A stretch of DNA of 64,000 bases from Chitinophagaceae bacterium. Lineage in GTDB: Bacteria > Bacteroidota > Bacteroidia > Chitinophagales > Chitinophagaceae. Made by a program: the position numbers and the translations under genes. The notes under the pieces were generated by a model, which saw nothing but the letters and a program-made list of their open reading frames with translations, was not told the origin of the DNA and did no database searches. Below are positions 59,453-64,000 of the stretch, one piece after another. Position 1 is the stretch's first letter. Every line of letters starts with the position of its first letter. The stretch is from positions 64,954-128,953 of the forward strand of contig JBDSXW010000051.1 of assembly GCA_039925965.1 (NCBI GenBank), written 5' to 3'.

Positions 59453-59845
59453 TTATTCGGATCGGCGTTTATCCGCCTCACTTAAACCTAATTCAATGTT
59501 GGAAATCATTTTTGACATCATTCTAAAGCAGGATTCAAGGTATTCTTCCATTTTCTTTATTTGATTCGCCTTTAAATATTGCAGGAGTAATGATATCTCA
59601 ATCTGCGTATCGATCTCGACGAGTGAGCTACGAGAAATTTCATAAAAGCGCACCGTCTCCTTTTTACTTTTTCTAGCCGCACCCTCAGCCAAATTACTAC
59701 ACACCGAAACTACGGCTCTTCTTAGTTGATTTACAAGCAGGTAGCGTTCCTCAGAAGGAAATGTTTTCGTAAGCTCATACACCTCAGTTACTAATTTCAG
59801 TCCGTACTGATAAACATCAAGTTGTTTATGCGAAAGTTTCAACAT
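59453..59845 (-). CDS. Four-helix-bundle protein (23S rRNA intervening-sequence protein / Avd-like family, TIGR02436)
   Basis: 130 aa: LDVYQYGLKLVTEVYELTKTFPSEERYLLVNQLRRAVVSVCSNLAEGAARKSKKETVRFYEISRSSLVEIDTQIEIS. Confidence 0.85.
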   Translation of the reverse strand: MLKLSHKQLDVYQYGLKLVTEVYELTKTFPSEERYLLVNQLRRAVVSVCSNLAEGAARKSKKETVRFYEISRSSLVEIDTQIEISLLLQYLKANQIKKMEEYLESCFRMMSKMISNIELGLSEADKRRSE

Positions 59846-59947
59846 GCCGATAATTTTTATGCGGAAGATATGGCTGAAAAAAATACTTCAAGAAATAAGA
59901 ACCCAAATCCTACCACTAAAAAAAACTAACAACTTCGTATTTGTCAT

Positions 59948-59984
59948 CACCTACTAGCCACTCACCATTTCCTACTCGCCTCTA
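59948..59984. repeat. Inverted copy (about 1.7 units) of the 21-mer array
   Basis: The reverse complement of cacctactagccactcaccatttcctactcgcctcta is tagaggcgagtaggaaatggtgagtggctagtaggtg. By eye it matches about 30 of 36 positions against agaggctagtaggaagtggagagaggctagtggg. It abuts the glmS stop codon. Confidence 0.75.
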
Positions 59985-61823
59985 TTCAACAGTTACCGAT
60001 TTCGCAAGGTTCCTGGGCATATCCACATTAATGCCTTTGGCGATGCCTATATAATAACTCAGCAACTGCATCGGAATGGTGCTCAGCATTGGTCCGAAAA
60101 TCTCATCCGTATCGGGTACAAACATTACATCGTTAGCCATGCCAGGAATAATGGTATCACCCTCTGTAGCCACACAAATCACCTTGCCCAGCCTGGCTTT
60201 GATCTCCTGTACGTTGCTCACAATTTTTTCGTAAAAGGCGTCTTTGGTAGCAACAAAAACCACGGGTAGTTCTTCTGTCACCAGGGCAATCGGGCCATGC
60301 TTCATTTCCGCGGCCGGGTAGCCTTCGGCGTGTATATAGGATATTTCTTTCAGCTTTAATGCACCTTCCAGCGCTACGGGGAAATTATAACCACGACCGA
60401 GGTAGAGGAAGTCGCGGGCATCTTTATACTTCGCAGCGATCCGCTGTATGGTGGTGGTGTCTTTGAGAATTTCTTTTACCTTTTCCGGGATGGCTTGCAG
60501 GTCTTTCAATAAAGCCATATAGTTGTCTTTTTCTATGGTGCCTTTTGCGTAGCCGATCTTTAATGCCATCATGGCTAACACGGCAAGCTGACCTGTAAAG
60601 GCCTTGGTTGAGGCTACGCCAATTTCAGGTCCTGCATGTGTGTAGGCGCCTGCGTCACTCATGCGGGCGATACTGCTGCCCACGGCATTTACCACTCCAA
60701 AAATAAACGCGCCTTTTTCTTTGGCATTATCAAGGGCCACCAGCGTGTCAGCGGTTTCGCCGCTCTGGCTGATGGCAATGATGACATCTCCTTTGTTGAT
60801 CACGGGATTGCGGTACCGGAACTCCGAGGCGTACTCCACTTCTACCGGAATCCGGCATAGTGTTTCGATCCAGTATTCTGCTATCAAACCCGCATGCCAG
60901 CTGGTACCGCAGGCTACAATAACCATCCGCTGTGCCTCTGTTAAGGCCTCCAGGTGATCTTCTATCCCCGCCATGCTGATAGTGCCTTCTGCCGGGTGCA
61001 GTCGCCCACGGAGACAATCGTAAATCGTGTCCGGCTGCTCATGTATTTCCTTGAGCATGAAATGGTCGTAGCCGCCTTTTTCAATTTTGGCCAATTCCAT
61101 GTCGAGTTTGGTAATGAAAGGCGTTTGCTTTTCGTTGCCCAGATTTTTTAAAATCAATTCGCCGGGGCGAACAATGGCAATTTCATAATCGTTCACATAC
61201 ACCACTTCGCGGGTGTACTCAATAATAGGCGAAGCATCAGACGCCAGGAAATGTTCGTCTCTGTTTTTGCCAATGCCAATCACCAGGGGCGAGCCTTTTC
61301 GGGCGGCAATGATCGTTTCTGGATCGTCTTTATCAATTAAGAGTATGCAATAAGCACCCACGATTCGCTTGAGGGCTACCCGAAGTGCTTCCTCCAGGCT
61401 GCATTCATTATTTTTCTTAATGTCCTCAATAAAATTCAGCAACACTTCGGTGTCAGTGTCACTAGTAAAACAGTAGCCTTTGCGCTGCAATTCTTCTTTG
61501 ATCGGGGCGTAATTTTCGATGATACCATTGTGGATGATTGCCAGGTTGCCACTATTGCTTTGATGCGGGTGGGCATTGCGGTCGCTGGGCTCGCCATGGG
61601 TGGCCCAGCGGGTATGGCCGATGCCAATATGCCCGTGAAGATCCTGCCCCAGCAGGCTTTCTTCCAGGTCGGCCACTTTACCCTTTTTCTTGTACACTTT
61701 CAAACCATCGTTCAGCAAAGCCACACCAGCGCTATCATATCCACGGTACTCCAGTCGTTTTAATCCTTTTAAAATAATGGGGTAAGCTTCCCTTGGGCCA
61801 GTGTAACCAACAATTCCACACAT
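59982..61823 (-). CDS. glmS: Glutamine--fructose-6-phosphate aminotransferase (isomerizing)
   Basis: 613 aa: MCGIVGY..., two SIS domains and a C-terminal ...NLAKSVTVE. Confidence 0.97.
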   Translation of the reverse strand: MCGIVGYTGPREAYPIILKGLKRLEYRGYDSAGVALLNDGLKVYKKKGKVADLEESLLGQDLHGHIGIGHTRWATHGEPSDRNAHPHQSNSGNLAIIHNGIIENYAPIKEELQRKGYCFTSDTDTEVLLNFIEDIKKNNECSLEEALRVALKRIVGAYCILLIDKDDPETIIAARKGSPLVIGIGKNRDEHFLASDASPIIEYTREVVYVNDYEIAIVRPGELILKNLGNEKQTPFITKLDMELAKIEKGGYDHFMLKEIHEQPDTIYDCLRGRLHPAEGTISMAGIEDHLEALTEAQRMVIVACGTSWHAGLIAEYWIETLCRIPVEVEYASEFRYRNPVINKGDVIIAISQSGETADTLVALDNAKEKGAFIFGVVNAVGSSIARMSDAGAYTHAGPEIGVASTKAFTGQLAVLAMMALKIGYAKGTIEKDNYMALLKDLQAIPEKVKEILKDTTTIQRIAAKYKDARDFLYLGRGYNFPVALEGALKLKEISYIHAEGYPAAEMKHGPIALVTEELPVVFVATKDAFYEKIVSNVQEIKARLGKVICVATEGDTIIPGMANDVMFVPDTDEIFGPMLSTIPMQLLSYYIGIAKGINVDMPRNLAKSVTVE

Positions 61824-62000
61824 AAGTTTCTTATTTTTTTCTTTTGAAAATAAGGGTGCAATATAAACGAGAAATCATTGGATTACACGTGCATTAGTTT
61901 GCACGCTATTGCGGTTTAATGCTTATATGCAGAAGTCCAAATTGGGAATGAATGATACAATTTCAGCAGCTTTGGCGGGTGCCTGCGTGAGCCGGGTACG

Positions 62001-62035
62001 AAAACAAAAATGCCCTGTACGGAGATACAGGGCAT
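62001..62035 (-). terminator. Rho-independent terminator after the amidase gene
   Basis: The stem atgccctgta/tacagggcat is preceded on the plus strand by an A-run, which is a T-run on the minus strand. Confidence 0.7.
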
Positions 62036-62060
62036 TGTGAATATATGCTGAATTGGAATG

Positions 62061-63044
62061 CTACTTGTTTCCGCCTACGGGTATTGCCACCGGAGTTTTA
62101 ATCTTTGATTCCAGCAGTTCTTTATATTTTTTTACCGCGGTTACTACATTTGCCGCCACTTCCATCTGGCCCTTTTCGCTGTTGAGATAATCTTCTTCTT
62201 CACGGTCGCTGATAAAACCGGTTTCCACGAGCACGCTCGGCATCCCGGTGGCCTGGAGCACCCAGATGCCTTTTTCATTACGCTGCATTACACCCCGGCT
62301 GTGCCGGCCGACGCCAATGAATTCGTCTTCAGTAAATGTAGCCAGGGTCTTGCTTTTGGCGAAGAACACCTTTGTGTATTGGCCCATTTTAATCTTGTAT
62401 TCTACCGAATTAAGGTAAGCATCAAATGCTGAGTCAGATTCCAGGCCCTCTTCCTTATTGGATCCTTCGGTGGTTTCTACAGCATTGCCCTTCGCTTTGG
62501 TTTTGTCAGCCGCCCAGATATAGGTCTCTGTACCATGTGCCTGTTCATCGTGTGGCAGTCGGTATTTGGTATAAATGGGCACTTCCCTGGTTTTAGCGAT
62601 TTTCTTTTTTCGCTTGCCCTTGCCGGTGTACACAAAATAGTTTTCGGTGCGATAGCCATCCAATCGACGGCCATACTTTACATTGGCCGAATTGAGGTGA
62701 ATACAGAGAAACAGGTCGCCTTTGTTTTCATTGGCAAAATTGGCCCTGTATTTTAAGGCGGCATCTTTACTGCGGCCGCCGCCGGGCAGTTCGTCTTTTT
62801 CCCGTGTCATTAACACTTTCACATTCGGCATTTCCTGCGCCAGCAGGTCGCGAACTTTAAAACTGATAGCCAGTGCACATTGTGCCTCTGTACTATACTC
62901 ACCGTGTGCTCCAGGATCAATGCCGCCATGGCCAGGATCTAATATAATAGTTTGAAGAGGTGGCCTTTGCGCGTGTATCACTGCAATTCCACAAAATGAA
63001 GCCATCACCAGGGCAATCTTTGGGATAAGGGTTCTTTTTAACAT
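62061..63044 (-). CDS. N-acetylmuramoyl-L-alanine amidase (Amidase_3 family)
   Basis: 327 aa with a signal peptide, IILDPGHGGIDPGA, LCIHLNS and VLVETGFISDREEE. Confidence 0.85.
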   Translation of the reverse strand: MLKRTLIPKIALVMASFCGIAVIHAQRPPLQTIILDPGHGGIDPGAHGEYSTEAQCALAISFKVRDLLAQEMPNVKVLMTREKDELPGGGRSKDAALKYRANFANENKGDLFLCIHLNSANVKYGRRLDGYRTENYFVYTGKGKRKKKIAKTREVPIYTKYRLPHDEQAHGTETYIWAADKTKAKGNAVETTEGSNKEEGLESDSAFDAYLNSVEYKIKMGQYTKVFFAKSKTLATFTEDEFIGVGRHSRGVMQRNEKGIWVLQATGMPSVLVETGFISDREEEDYLNSEKGQMEVAANVVTAVKKYKELLESKIKTPVAIPVGGNK

Positions 63045-63112
63045 CCGTCATTCACTTTTTAACGATTAACCAGTTTTGTGTTATTCCATACACGTTACTT
63101 TTGAGCACATTT

Positions 63113-64000
63113 ATGAGAATCGATCAGCGTAAAAATAGGGCAAAACAACTTGCATGGGCGGCGCTTAGTTTCTCATTGCTGCTAATAACGTTGGTAATAG
63201 CGGCACAGCCCAATCAAAAAAAGAAATTTAAAAAGCCTTTAACAAAACGACCAGTTGTTAAAGGCGCGGCTAAAGATACGATTCCTCTAAAAATTATATC
63301 GGATAGTACCGTCCGGATTCCATTAAAAAAATTTAGCGATAGCCTGCGCAAAAAAGATACGCCGATCGTGGTGGTGGATACTTTTAGCCTGGATAATATA
63401 TCTAAAGACAGCCTCAGTTCACCGATAGAGTACTCCGCAGAAGACAGCGGCGTACTGGATATCCCGGGTAAGAAGTTTCTCCTCTACGGCAAGGCTAACG
63501 CCAAATATGAGACCATGGATATTACTGCGGCAGTAATCGAACTGGATAATCAGAAACAGTTGGCCAAAGCATATGGAGTTCTGGATACCAGTGGCATTAC
63601 CGTTGGCAGCCCCGTGATGATAGATGGCGATATGACTTCGTCGAGTGATTCTGTCATGTTCAATATGAAAACCCAAAAGGGTTTATCCAAAAAAACCATC
63701 ACCAAACAGGGTGAGATGTACGTTTATGCTGAGCGGATCAAGAAAATTTCCACAAACGAATTTTTTGCATGGAAAGGACGGTTCACTACTTGTAACCTGG
63801 ATACGCCCCACTTTGCTTTCAGAACGAATAAAATGAAGCTGGTAAATAACAAGTGGGCATATACCGGACTTACTTATCCAGAGATAGAAGGTATCCCCAT
63901 ACCGATCGGAATTCCTTTCGGCATATTCCCATTAAGCCAGGGGCGGCATAGTGGTTTTCTCGCGCCATCTTTTTCCGCCACTCAATATTTCGGCTATGGG
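63113..64000 (+). CDS. Putative LPS assembly protein LptD/OstA-like, N-terminal part (continues past window end)
   Basis: Own translation from the ATG at 63113 gives MRIDQRKNRAKQLAWAALSFSLLLITLVIAAQ...PIEYSAEDSGVLDIPGKKFLLYGKANAKYETMDITAAVIELD...FTTCNLDTPHFAFRTNKMKLV...GIPFGIFPLSQGRHSGFLAPSF and stays open to 64000. The OstA-like pattern and the neighbourhood with the amidase support the call. Confidence 0.65.
   Translation, partial: MRIDQRKNRAKQLAWAALSFSLLLITLVIAAQPNQKKKFKKPLTKRPVVKGAAKDTIPLKIISDSTVRIPLKKFSDSLRKKDTPIVVVDTFSLDNISKDSLSSPIEYSAEDSGVLDIPGKKFLLYGKANAKYETMDITAAVIELDNQKQLAKAYGVLDTSGITVGSPVMIDGDMTSSSDSVMFNMKTQKGLSKKTITKQGEMYVYAERIKKISTNEFFAWKGRFTTCNLDTPHFAFRTNKMKLVNNKWAYTGLTYPEIEGIPIPIGIPFGIFPLSQGRHSGFLAPSFSATQYFGYG

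Noticed and set aside
61824-62000. glmS ribozyme upstream of glmS
   Set aside because: No conserved ribozyme core could be recognised. The element is mainly found in Gram-positive bacteria, and the leader is short and AT-rich.

Overview
The window looks like a chromosomal segment of a Bacteroidota genome, possibly Chitinophagaceae or Sphingobacteriia (family uncertain). Supporting markers are GldJ, an Oar-type TonB receptor, GH92, a DUF4954-glmS-amidase-LptD neighbourhood, an Rpn nuclease, a four-helix-bundle gene, and the tRNA(Thr-Tyr-Gly-Thr)-tuf-tRNA(Trp)-secE-nusG operon. I support about 50 protein genes, 5 tRNAs, several hairpin terminators and many short tandem or inverted repeat arrays. 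Most genes are housekeeping: ribBA, lysC-type aspartate kinase, fbp, ltaE, glmS, tuf, nusG, secE, hpf, glpF. Four things stand out. (1) A visibly AT-rich light-related gene block at about 10.4-15.2 kb: flavin-reductase-like protein, CryPro/FeS-BCP-like photolyase homologue with no Fe-S cysteines, TIGR03643 protein, DTE-motif proteorhodopsin and Blh. (2) A pervasive, unexplained population of intergenic short-word tandem arrays. They fill whole intergenic spacers, recur in both orientations, have colonised the conserved tRNA-tuf operon spacers, and bracket a four-helix-bundle (Avd-like) gene as inverted 21-mer arrays. (3) A roughly 480 bp ORF-free, stem-rich convergent intergenic region (41.03-41.51 kb) that could encode a structured RNA. 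(4) An orphan PntB-dII-like membrane protein without a dIII domain or a PntA partner. No CRISPR array, rRNA, intact transposon, prophage or recognisable defence operon was seen. All homology calls come from reading the translations and remembered family motifs. No database search was run.
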